A stretch of DNA of 54,412 nt, filler included, from Porpidia crustulata (lineage: Eukaryota): NCBI GenBank assembly GCA_964255105.1. It is 4 parts of 4 records of this genome, joined end to end, with 100 filler letters (N's around TTAATTAATTAA, not from the genome) between each part and the next. Parts side by side here need not be neighbours in the genome. Positions count along the whole stretch, not along the records: positions 13,652 to 27,182 come from CAXUWE010000434.1; positions 27,283 to 40,801 come from CAXUWE010000435.1; 2 more parts are not named here. One strand, 5' to 3'. The position numbers and the translations under genes were made by a program. The notes beneath the pieces were generated by a model. That model was not told the origin of the DNA. It saw nothing but the letters and a program-made list of their open reading frames with translations, and made no database searches. Each line of letters opens with the position of its first letter. The stretch's first letter is position 1. Shown piece by piece: positions 21,757 to 33,056 of this stretch.

Positions 21757-24700
21757 ATGGCGACGGCGGACCAGCTATCACGTTGGCGACAACGGCTATC
21801 GGATCTCACTGTCTCTCCACTGACTCGTAAGTACTCGATAGCAAGATAGCGACGTAGGATCGGCTGATCAAATCACAAGGCGACTACCCCGAGCCCCTGC
21901 AGTCAGCTCTAGAGTCAGCCAAACGACCCATCGAGGCCTGCGAAACACTTCAGCTCTCCGCCGAAACCGAGTGTGCGATACATCGACTTCGCAATATCGA
22001 GAATCAGCAACCTTCTAGCTTCGTTGTTCTACTCACGGCGCTCGTCGTGCTCGTGAGCCGCTTGACAGGCGATGAAGACATTGCTCTTGGATCAAATAAT
22101 GGCCAGGGGATTGCTTTTGTCCTACGTACAGCTTTGGATGCTAAGGAATCTTTTGTTCAGCTGCTGACTAGAGTGACAAGAGTTTTTTCCGAATGTGCCT
22201 CAGACGCAACGCCGATGGAGAAGTTGCTGCGCGATCTGGGCATATCGAGTCTTTATAGGGTAGCACTGTACTCCTGNNNNNNNNNNGTCCAGAGACCCCT
22301 GCCAATGCCTCGGATTCCATGGATCTTACGATCTTCTATACAGGAACATCTGGAGCGAATAACAGGTCCTCTGGGACTAACGGAACCGTTTGTAACCAAG
22401 CCCCAGAATTGCGCGCCATCTACAACCAGAGGTTCTTTGCCTCTTCTCGAGTAGCTATAATTCTGAGTCAATTGGTCCAGCTCGTTAGAAACGTATCCTT
22501 ATTTCCTCAACAATGCCTTAGTAAGGTCGATATTATGACCGAGGCTCAGTCAAGATTATTACCTGATCCGAGAAAGGATCTTAACTGGTCACAGTTTAGA
22601 GGCCCTATACACGAATTATTCGCTGCCAATGCAAATCGACGCCCGGAATTATTGTGTGTTAGAGAGACCGCATCAGGCTCATCTCCGCAACGAGATTTCA
22701 CTTACAAGCAGATCAATGAGGCTTCTAATATCGTGGCCCATCATCTCATTCAGTCCGGTATACAGAAAGGAGAGGTCGTAATGATTTATGCACATAGAGG
22801 TGCAGACTTGGTTGTAGCTGTCATGGGCGTTTTAAAAGCTGGGGCTACATTCTCTGTTCTTGATCCGTTGTATCCTCCGGAGCGCCAGACTATTTACTTG
22901 GACGTGGCAAAACCTCGGGCATTAATCAATCTTGAAAAGGCCACACTCGAGGCCGGAGAGTTGACCGATCATGTCAGATCGTTCATTAAAGGCAACCTGC
23001 AACTAAGGACGGAAATACCAGCCCTTGTGATCAAGGATGATGGGACTTTACTCGGAGGTCAGATGGAAGGGTTCGACGTGCTACAGAAGCAGCAGGCGTA
23101 TAAAGCCACGCTTGCCAACATCATTGTTGGGCCTGATGACATTCCAACCCTAAGCTTTACCTCTGGATCCGAAGGCATACCAAAAGGGGTACGAGGGCGC
23201 CACTTTTCACTGGCGTATTACTTTCCTTGGATGGCACGACGATTTAATCTTGGAGAAAATGATCGTTTCACAATGTTATCAGGTATAGCACATGATCCAA
23301 TACAAAGAGACATCTTCACACCTCTGTTCCTCGGTGCCGAGCTCCTAGTACCCTCAAAAGATGATATTCAGAACGAGAGACTCGCCGAATGGATGCAAGA
23401 TCATGGTGCTACCGTAACGCATCTAACCCCTGCGATGGGTCAAATTCTCGTCGGAAATGCCACGGTCGAATTTCCCAAGCTCCATCACGCATTCTTTGTT
23501 GGTGATATTTTAATCAAACGTGACTGTAAATCTTTGCAGAGATTGGCTCCTAATGTAAGGGTCGTTAATATGTATGGTACAACGGAGACACAGCGGGCTG
23601 TTAGCTATTACGAAATCCCAAGCTTCAATGACGACTCGACGTACCTTGACAGCATGAAGGATGTTATACCAGCTGGAAAAGGCATGTCGGAAGATGTTCA
23701 ACTTCTTGTGATCAACCGTGCAGACCCAACCAAAGTCTGTGGTATAGGTGAATTAGGTGAGATCTATGTACGGGCCGGGGGTTTGGCGGAAGGCTACCTA
23801 GGACTTCCGGACCTCACTGATAAGAAGTTTGTAAGGAATTGGTTCGTGGATCCCGAGAAATGGATTACAGAGGACAGCAAAAGTGTAGCGAGCAGTGTAA
23901 AACAACCTTGGAGAGACTACTACAAGGGACCACGTGATAGACTATACCGGTCTGGAGACTTGGGCCGCTATACTCCCTCAGGAGGTAAGTCAATCCTCTC
24001 GATATGTCTCGCTCGAACTAACGATCTGAATTATGCAGACGTTGAATGCTCTGGCCGTGCTGATGACCAAGTCAAGGTAGGCATTCGCTCTGAGTGGCAA
24101 AATAACGCTAACCTATCGAGCATTAGATACGAGGCTTCCGCATAGAGCTGGGAGAGATTGACACTCATTTATCAAAGCACCCTCTTGTCCGAGAGAACGT
24201 AACCCTTGTGCGCAGAGACAAGGATGAAGAACCTACTCTTGTCAGCTACGTTGTGCCACAGATGAACGCATGGTCATCATGGCTAGGAGAACGCGGTATA
24301 GAAGATCAAATAGACGCAGAAGGCATGGTCGGCCTCTTGCGACGGTTCCGTCCTCTAAGGGAAGACGTGAGAACCTACCTCAAAACCAAATTACCCGCTT
24401 ATGCTGTCCCTGCCACTGTCATACCACTGAGAAAAATGCCATTGAATCCGAATGGCAAGATATCGAAGCCTGCGTTACCTTTTCCTGATATTGTAGAGCT
24501 TTCTGCAGCGGCACCAAGAAGGCCGTCTACATCATTATCTGCGCTCTCAGAGACCGAAAGCAGTCTGGCGTCTATCTGGGCTGGTCTACTTGGACTGCCT
24601 CAAAAGATGATAGGAATTGAGGATTCCTTCTTTGACCTGGGTGGGGACAGCATTAAAGGCAATAGAATGGTTCTTGAAGTTAGGAGGACATGGCGAGGCG

Positions 24701-26625
24701 TAGACATCAGCATGAGTGCTGTCTTTCGCAGTCCGAAAATGAAAGAGTTCGCTATGGAAATCGACAGATTGCGAGATCCTGATGCTTTTGAAGCCGTTCA
24801 TCAAGGCCGGAGCGCTAGGATTAATGGCAATCAAAATGGCGAGTCGCAACATGGAAAGGAGTACGCTGCTGACAGCAGGAGGCTTGCAGCGAAACTTCCA
24901 AAGAGTTTCTCCTCCGCTGCAAATTTAGATGTGTCGCAACCAACCACAGTCTTTCTCACTGGTGCGACGGGTTTCCTTGGCGCCTATATTCTAAGGGAAC
25001 TTCTCATTCGGGAACCGCCTTTGAATGTTGTAGCGCATGTAAGGTCAGACTCACCAGAGTCGGCATTGTCGAGAGTAAAACAGACCTGCAAAGTGAGTCC
25101 TCGAGGTTGAGTCTTACCAACGCCAACTGACCATGGATCCGTAGGCTTACGGTGGTTGGTCTATGGATTGGGAATCTAGGCTTCGATGCGTGGTTGGCAA
25201 TCTCGGAGATCCTCATTTGGGTCTTGCCCACGAGGTCTGGGAAGAATTGACCAAATCGGTTGATATTGTGATTCACAACGGTGCGCTCGTGCATTGGGTG
25301 TAAGTCGCGCAATCCTGCCAGAGCTCCATTACTGAAGGCACCTAGGTACCCGTATTCGACGCTTAAAGCGCCGAATGTGCAAGGTACTCTTGATGCCATT
25401 GACTTCTGTGCCGTCGGCCGTCCCAAAGCCTTCATTTTTGTGAGTTCCACCGCTGTACTTGACAACGACCATTATGTGCAGCTTTCGGACCGTCTTTGTA
25501 GTGATGGAAAATCAGGAATACCAGAAGATGATGATTTGGAAGGAAGTAGCGTAGGGCTCGGTAGGTCTCGCACCATAGGTTTTCGATTCATAATCTGAGA
25601 ATTACAGATATTGGTTATGGACAGGTCAAGTGGGTTAGTGAATACCTGACAAGGGAGGCCGGGCGCAGGGGCCTGAGAGGCACCATTGTGAGGTAATTCT
25701 ATACCCTCATATTCAAGTCAAGGATCTCGCTCATTTGACGATCAAAAGGCCGGGTTACATCAGCGGAGACTCTCGAACAGGAGGTCAGTCTACGGTTCAT
25801 TACAATTTGAAAATCAAAGTTAAAGCCTTGTAGCAACCAACACTGACGACTTCTTGATACGAATGGTCAAAGGTATCGTTGAACTCCTGCTTGAGTAGCG
25901 ATCAGATGAGCTTTGACTGACCTGTTTCCAGGCTGCATACAACTATCTGCCCGACCGGATATTAACAATAGCATCAACATGTGCCCGGTAGACTTCGTGG
26001 CCCGCCTCGTAGTCGCATCGGCGCTGAACCCAGGTCCATCTCTCAAAGTCGTGCAATGCGCCAGCCACCCTCGACTTCGCTTCAACGAGTATCTTGGCAT
26101 GCTCCAAGCATGCGGCTACCAGGTGCCGAAGGTGAACGCCCTCTCATTCTGGCCCCCGGGATTTCTATAAATGTCGACCAGCTCTGACATCAGCAGGTGG
26201 ACTACATCCCCTGGCGCGCATCCCTTGAACGCTACGTCGCTCGCGGCGATTCCAATAAAGAAGCCCAGCACGCCTTGTAAGGGATCCCTCCACCCCACCA
26301 TCTCTCCCAACAAAAACTGACAGATTTCTCCCCCACCAGGTTGCCTCTCTACCACTTTGTCACCGCCGACCTTCCCTCCAGTACCAAATCCCCCGAACTT
26401 GACGACACCAACGCCGCCGCCGTCCTTCACGCCGACAATAGCACGACTGGGAACCCCCTCGACGGCAGCGGCGTCACCCTGGACATCATGAAACGCTACC
26501 TTGCGTACCTCGTCGCGGTGGGGTTCTTGGAAAGTCCGGGCGACGGAATATTGCCGACGGTGGAGTTGAGGGAGGGGCAGAGAGAGGCGTTGGGGATGGT
26601 AGGCGGGAGGGGAGGGATGGTTTGA
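21757..26625 (+). CDS. LYS2: L-2-aminoadipate reductase (A-PCP-R, NRPS-like), ~11 introns; 10-N gap at 22277-22286 inside the coding region
   Basis: N-terminus LTVSPLTRDYP; A domain LSFTSGSEGIPKGV, AHDPIQRDIFTPLF, NMYGTTETQR, RLYRSGDLGRY, QVKIRGFRIELGEID; PCP FFDLGGDS; reductase FLTGATGFLG, GYGQVKW. Confidence 0.96.
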
Positions 26626-27182
26626 CCGTGGGGGAAAGGGGGTGGGAGGTCGTAGGGAAGGGTACATAAAAGTTTATTTATAGAATTGGGGAGAACTTGG
26701 GATACGGTCATGCGGTCGATAGGACGTCGCTGTGAACGAACGTTCGGTCCCAAAGACGCGGCATGCCGGTTGTACTACTTTTTGCTTTACGGTAAAGATA
26801 TTAAAATCGCATTGCAGTGACAGCGGGGAGGACTGTGGCGGTTCTCACACTCCGATCAGTCTCAAATCCACATCATCGCCACACACACCTCGTTGAGACA
26901 GACCAGATACATGCGGGTCATACATAGTCTATGCTCGGAGAAACTGATTCTCCACGTCGCATCTGACATATACTAACAGAGATGTAGGTACGCTGTGGGC
27001 ATCTATCCGGTTGCGCCTACATGCATGGATTTCTGCACTCGTCCGCATCTCTATCAATCCATCCATCCATCCCTTACGGAACCACAGCAGGGGAGAGATA
27101 TCAATGAGGTGTGGGTCCCTGTGCGCCCGTCGACTGTGTCGTACGGCGAAAGAAATTTACGCTTGGATGGGGACTGTTGAAA

Positions 27183-27282
27183 NNNNNNNNNNNNNNNNNN
27201 NNNNNNNNNNNNNNNNNNNNNNNNNNTTAATTAATTAANNNNNNNNNNNNNNNNNNNNNNNNNNNNNNNNNNNNNNNNNNNN
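27183..27282. other. Artificial scaffold linker
   Basis: N/TTAATTAATTAA/N. Confidence 0.97.
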
Positions 27283-27336
27283 GGTGGGGCGCTGTCTCGT
27301 TTGAGGGTGTGTCTCGTTTGAGGGTAGACTACGTTA
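27283..27336 (-). mobile_element. Terminal inverted repeat of a pogo/Fot1-family DNA transposon at the scaffold edge
   Basis: Minus strand reads TA|ACGTAGTCT-ACCCTCAAACGAGACA-C-ACCCTCAAACGAGACA: TA target, ACGT terminus and two perfect 16-nt direct repeats with 17-nt period (27293-27308, 27310-27325), the Fot1/Tan1/Vader TIR layout. Confidence 0.75.
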
Positions 27337-27688
27337 CCAACTTACAGTCCCGATCCATTCGTATTCACTGTGCACGGTCCAGGATCTTGTCAGACCAATG
27401 GCATGTATAGCTATTTCTAGAATAAATCTGTGGTTCAAATGAACACGTTGATATCAAAGATGGCGACTGTAGTTGATGCTTGCAATTTGAATTGTAAATC
27501 GGAAGCCCTAATATTACCGCTAGCAAGGCCCTATCGTTAAATCCGCGTGTCCGCCTCCACAAAATCCGAGTACACTGCTACGTCCTACCAGGGTGCCAGG
27601 TTAAGCGAAAATTGCCCACGATGCCCGCAGGCTGCATATAACGAACTACATCACAGAATTGTTGCTGTCTATAGAGAACGCTCGCAAG

Positions 27689-28363
27689 ATGGCGCCACCA
27701 TCAAAGAGTACGAAGGCTCCCAAGAAAGGCAATACGCGTTCAGCGATTGCCGATGTCGTAGCGCGCGAGTACACAATCCACCTCCACAAACTCGTAAGTG
27801 GATAATTTCACATCACAGCTCGAAAGCATCAGATTTACAATATTTATTCTAAAGATCTACTTGCCGTTTCTTGAGTGAGGATATTGCAGGGCACGAAGCT
27901 GATAACAATATTCTACGGCAGGTCCATGGCACAAGCTTCAAGAAGCGCACGAACAAGGCCATCAAAGAGATTCGTAAATTCGCTACTATCTCAATGGTGA
28001 GTACCATTTTCTATAAAACTGTTAAGCATACATGAACTCTACATGCACCGCGCTGTCAAGCTCATTCTTGTCGCGGTCACCTCACTGCATCTCTTTCATT
28101 GCCCACCTCCCCGAGAAAACCCCCTCACCTAAACGCACCCAGCTAAAATGAAGCAGGGAACCTCAGACGTCCGCCTAGATCCTCAACTCAATAAAGCCGT
28201 CTGGAGCGAAGGTATCAAAAAAGTCCCGACCCGCCTCCGTGTCCGCATCTCCCGTAAACGCAACGATGAGGAAGGCGCCAAGGAAAAACTCTACAGCTAC
28301 GTGCAGGCCGTCAACGTCAAGAACTGCAAGGGCTTAACTACGGTCGTTGTCGAGGATGCCTAA
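27689..28363 (+). CDS. RPL31: 60S ribosomal protein eL31, 3 exons
   Basis: RSAIADVVAREYTIHLHK|VHGTSFKKR...AIKEIRKFA|GTSDVRLDPQLNKAVW...RLRVRISRKRNDEEGAKEKLYSYV. Confidence 0.95.
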
Positions 28364-28765
28364 GGTGGGGGGGGTTGTGTGGTTTTCACGGTTACGAGGG
28401 GGATGAGCTTCCACGGAAGGTCTCGTGTGCATAGCGTGAAGGATTTTTCCGGACTTGTTTTTTTTTCTGATATACTCGAGATGATTAGATGTAGGCTGCG
28501 TGAGACCTTCTCGCGCTGGATGCAAGTCATTGACAGCAGATGTTGTGCAAATATGGATCGTGATTGATTGAATGCGAGGTTCCTGCGGGTCTCGACCATA
28601 AATGTTGATTCTCGGTAGCAAATGACAGCATCGAGATCAAGTTTCTGGATCTGTTACAATAGGTATTTCTCGCTGGAACCAGGAAACGCCTAGACGAATG
28701 CTATGCTATGCCATGCCATGCTTGATGCCCACTCGCCTACGCCTAATTCCATCCTGCTAGACGTC

Positions 28766-30443
28766 CTAACCCCCCGGTTTGAATACAGCATCCTTGCACA
28801 ACACCACAACTTTCTTGAACAGCCGTCTCCACTCCACCGGGTCACCCTTTGATTTCACAAAGTTCACCTCGAATATATCCTGGTCAAATCCGGACATCTT
28901 CTCTATCATGATATTACCACTCAAAGGGCAATTCCTGCTATCTGACGCTCGCAGCTTGATCCAAGTCACCCCCTCACCAGCTCCGACTTCAGACCGTGGG
29001 GATGCGGGTGCGTGTATGCCTAGTCGGTGCAGTGCCTCGGAGATGGATTGGTGGAGGGTCGAGAGAGGCCAGTGCGAGAACAGCCGTGTCAGAGAGTGTG
29101 AGGGGACGATATCGCGGAACTGGCGGGCATATTGTGTCCTGCTCAGAGGTACTGACGGTGTGGCTGAGAATTGAGACATGGATGGCTCGTCCGCTAATCG
29201 CTCATCCCAGCTACTGCTGCGTATAATTGAGGGGACTGTTGGCTGGCTAGCCGAGATTTTATCATTGGCAACGACAGTGGGGGGTCTTTCGCAGTCGAAT
29301 TGGATATCATTCGAGGGTGTTTCTGGCTGCGTGGAGGCGAGGCTCGGTTTCCAGTCTTGGCTGTCAATATCCATGGGGTCCACGGAGCGCTGGCTGCGCT
29401 GCGAAGCCATAGGATCTTGGAAGAAGTCTATTTTCATGCTTTCAAACATTTGCGTTGCCAAAGCGATAGGATTCTCAAGCTTCCCTTGTGGGCTGAGATA
29501 TTGGTTTTTCCTTGTGTACCATGGGTGGCGACGGACATCTGCGAGTGAGAAGCGATCTTGAGGGCTTACTCGCATCATGCCTCGGAGAAGAGACAAGGTC
29601 TCGTGGGGTAAATTATGCCATAGCTCGTCGTCCGGTCGGCCGTTAGTCTTGACATACTCGTTGAACTCATAACTGCGGTCCAGCGGCTCATCCCAAGGCG
29701 TGTTTCCTACCAGTAAAACGAAGAGAACCACACCACAGGACCAGATATCAACACAGTCACCATAGTAGCCTCCGCCCTGCTTCTGAGCCATCCGTGTGTC
29801 ACAGGTCACTACCTCCGGCGCTGTGTACGGCGGACTTCCACAGCTCGCTTTACAAAGCTTTTTGACCCCGTTGTACTCGAATAGCGTTGCTAGCCCGAAG
29901 TCCGCCAACTTCAAGTTTCCCTCGGCAGATAACAAGATATTCTCAGGCTTGATATCTCGATGGCCCACACCCTTGGAGTGCATATGACTCACAGCGCTTA
30001 TCAGCTGCGTGAAATACAAATGTGCAATGTCCTCGCCAACGCCAACATCCGATTCGATTTTATCGAAGAGGTCTCCCCCCTCGGCAAGTTCCATGGCTAT
30101 CCATCTCCATGTCAGGTCTTCACCAGTATTAAAGAATTGTATGATGTTTGTATGGTGCTCGAGGCGGTGATGGAGAGTGATCTCCAGATGGAGTTGCTTA
30201 GGTGCGAGACGACCATGACGGACGGCGAACTCCTTATGGATGAACTTGACAGCGAAGATAGGTTTGGGTGTATCCAGTGGTGCTGCTTTTTTGATGCTGG
30301 AGACCCATGTTAGTTCTAGGTATTATGTATCAGGAGCCTGGCGTGACCTCTGACCATGCATATGCTCCTTGGCCAATGGTTTTTGAGATAATCCGAAAGG
30401 GGAGTTCGCTGGGCAGCGGCGCCAACTGCGAATGTGCTATCAT
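28766..30443 (-). CDS. CHK1: Checkpoint serine/threonine kinase Chk1, 2 exons
   Basis: MIAHSQLAPLPSELPFRIISKTIGQGAYA|...AVKFIHK...MELAEGGDLFDKIE, HRDIKPEN, DFG, CGSPPYTAPE; SQ/TQ cluster; C-terminal KA1-like KGDPVEWRRLFK. Confidence 0.92.
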
Positions 30444-30886
30444 TCTAGGTGTTGCCTCTTAAGCTTCATCTTCCACGCCAAACCCTTACACTCCGGGCAT
30501 TTCAGAGGTCAGACAGCTCGATACGTTGATGATGCATGTCGGAAGCCTATTGTCGCTCGCGTGCACAACGCGTTTTGGTTTCAGCGTTGCCAGCAAAAGT
30601 ATCGATCGTATCGATTAACAGGGATTATGAATAAATCGGCTAATCCTTGAACGGCTAACAATATCTGTTGCCGAGGCGCCCTGTTGTAGCTGTAAACAAA
30701 GACTGAACGCATGCCCAACACAACACCTGCTTCAAAACGACCCGCCTTTTATGACTACTTTGTGTGCTCGAAAATCATATTCATCCAGTATCACTAAAGT
30801 AACAAAAAGCGATCCAAAGAATCGAACCAGAACTCTTTCCATCAATATCCAAAAAACACACTCTCAAGCTCTCCTCTATAGCAAGA
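30444..30886. promoter_or_regulatory. Bidirectional promoter of CHK1 and the UBE2C-type E2, with MCB (ACGCGT, 30568-30573) and forkhead (GTAAACAAA, 30692-30700) motifs
   Basis: Head-to-head ATGs with a 443-bp interval; both motifs read directly. Confidence 0.55.
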
Positions 30887-31564
30887 ATGGAATACAGTGG
30901 GGAAGACACCCAGAACACGGCCCCAGGCGCTCCAACCATGCATGAAGCTACCAAGCTCTCGTCTACCACCCGTCGACAAGATACTCAGAGTGTCACCAAA
31001 CGGTACGAACTTCTTATTAGACCACTATTGTCTTATAACATCACCCATTAAAATTACAAACAGCCTGCAAACTGAGCTTATGCAACTGATGCTCTCGACC
31101 ACACCCGGAATTTCCGCTTTTCCTGATAATCCCAACAACCTCCTTGCCTGGACAGCGACTATCGCCGGGCCGACAGAGACGCCATACGCCGGCCTGACTT
31201 TCAAGCTCTTTTTTTCCTTTCCGACAAGCTACCCTTATGCTCCTCCTGCTGTGCTATTCAAGACACCCATCTATCATCCAAATGTGGACTTCTCGGGACG
31301 CATCTGCTTGGACATCCTTAAGGACAAATGGAGCGCAGTGTATAATGTGCAGAGCGTCCTATTAAGTTTGCAGAGTTTGCTTGGGGAGCCAAACAAGTAT
31401 GTTCTCCTGAATGTGACACGATGTCTTTCCAACATAGAAAACTTATTTATTCTTGTTGTAGTGCAAGTCCCTTAAACGGACAGGCAGCCGAATTGTGGGA
31501 TTCGGACCCGGCGGAGTTCAAGAAATTGGCTTTGGCTAGGCATCGAGATATTGACGAGGATTGA
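30887..31564 (+). CDS. UBC11: Ubiquitin-conjugating enzyme E2-C (UbcH10/Ubc11 type), 3 exons
   Basis: [15 protein letters not shown]...GISAFP...[26 protein letters not shown]...[17 protein letters not shown]. Confidence 0.9.
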
Positions 31565-32028
31565 TAGGTAGCACAGTTGTGTGGGTTTAGTGCGCTTGGG
31601 GGCCCAAAGTTCTCCATAGCATACGCTTAATGTCACTGATGTGTTCCTAGTGATCGGGTTCAAAATGGGTGGCGTTCGCTATATACGATAGGATGGTGCT
31701 CCTACTTATGTGTCTTGACAGTGGCGTGGAATCAGCAGCTACCTTGTACACCAGCGTAACCACGATGGGTCTTGTACGAAAAGCCCTGGATAGGGAGTCA
31801 AGTTCCTATTATTAATTATTACACCAATTTAGGAGGCTGCTCCTATGCATAAGATGGCTATGTCGACAGATAGTTGATATCCTGAGAGCATCGATTTCCC
31901 CTGGCCATCTGCATTACCTTGTCCAAAGAGTTGGAGCAGGAGTCCGAAAATCCAACAGTCTTATGCGGTCGGATAATATAACATGAGGTGATTTTTCCCA
32001 GGCACCAGGGGTGACTCATTTCAGTCCC

Positions 32029-32469
32029 TTATGTTTTCTTGAGGGCGTCCTCCACCGCGACTCCCTTGGATTCCAGTTCCCGAATGAGCATCTCCCTTTC
32101 CTTGACCAGCTCCGCCACATATGAATCGTAGGCATTAAACATCTTGATTTCGCTCTTGAAGTCATTTTCAGATCCTGGCATAATTCTCGCAAGCTCAATC
32201 ATTCCAGTCCGAACATTGAACCGCCGCTTCTTCTCGGATCGGATGTGATTTTCCTTTTTCTGCTTCTCGGTCAAGCGCTGTTTCTCGGAGCCGTACGCAA
32301 CTTCATTTCCAGATACAGGACTTCCAGATGCTACGAAGTAAGGCATATTAGTGGTCAGGTAAGCTCACGATACTGGACATAAGGCATATCTCAACTGGGA
32401 TATGAGTTAGGAATCGAGATAGTGAGATATCTACAACTTACCTCGTTGGCTTGAGCTCGATTGACTCAT
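32029..32469 (-). CDS. Small bHLH transcription factor (Ino4-like), 2 exons
   Basis: Exon 1 MSQSSSSQR (32442-32469, GTAAGT donor); exon 2 KQRLTEKQKKENHIRSEKKRR...ELARIMPG with the H-x3-E-x3-R basic region. Confidence 0.75.
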
Positions 32470-33056
32470 GTTCGCGCTGTACTATGAAAAATGTACCTCG
32501 GCGTAAGACCTTAGAAATGAGCTCGACGGGATGTTGTTAGGGCCGGTAGGAGTAGCTATTCCATGCGCGTTCCTACTTAATTTCGGATGAAAATAGGGTT
32601 TTACTACCGTTGTCTGCAGAGCAAATATAGTGCAACAAGAATAGGACTCGACTTATTTATTAGAATTTAAGTCAGGCGGGCGCTGAGCAGCATACGAGTT
32701 GAAGAGTGATGGGGGTAAGTGCTGGGAGGCTGACTTTAAAGTAGTTCCCTCGGTCCCACCATGTATTACACCAACAGTACTTAGGCTAAACTCATTTAGG
32801 CTAATTCTGTCCTTCGGCCAACAGTCCGACGACAATTTTATCCTGAACTGGAAAAATTCATGGTGAGATGACAACACAAAAATTCATTTGACCAGCCGCT
32901 GACTCGCGACGGCCGTAGAGTAAATATTTCAGCAGCTTCTATGTTAACTTGAGACAATGACAAGTCTGATAAATAGTATAACCTTGAATTATTCGTTGAA
33001 GCAACTTCTCAATCTCCGCCGTCCTGCTGGTGACCATCTCACTGTGCCCAGATAAT

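Noticed and set aside
22250..22330. Apparent frameshift in LYS2
   Set aside because: Coincides with a 10-N gap of unknown true length.
21757..26625. NRPS-like A-T-R enzyme as a secondary-metabolite core gene
   Set aside because: Motifs identify primary-metabolic LYS2, and its neighbour is housekeeping CDC25.
26900..27182. Intron-like signals and short ORFs at the end of scaffold 2
   Set aside because: Could be the start of a truncated gene, but no frame or product could be supported.
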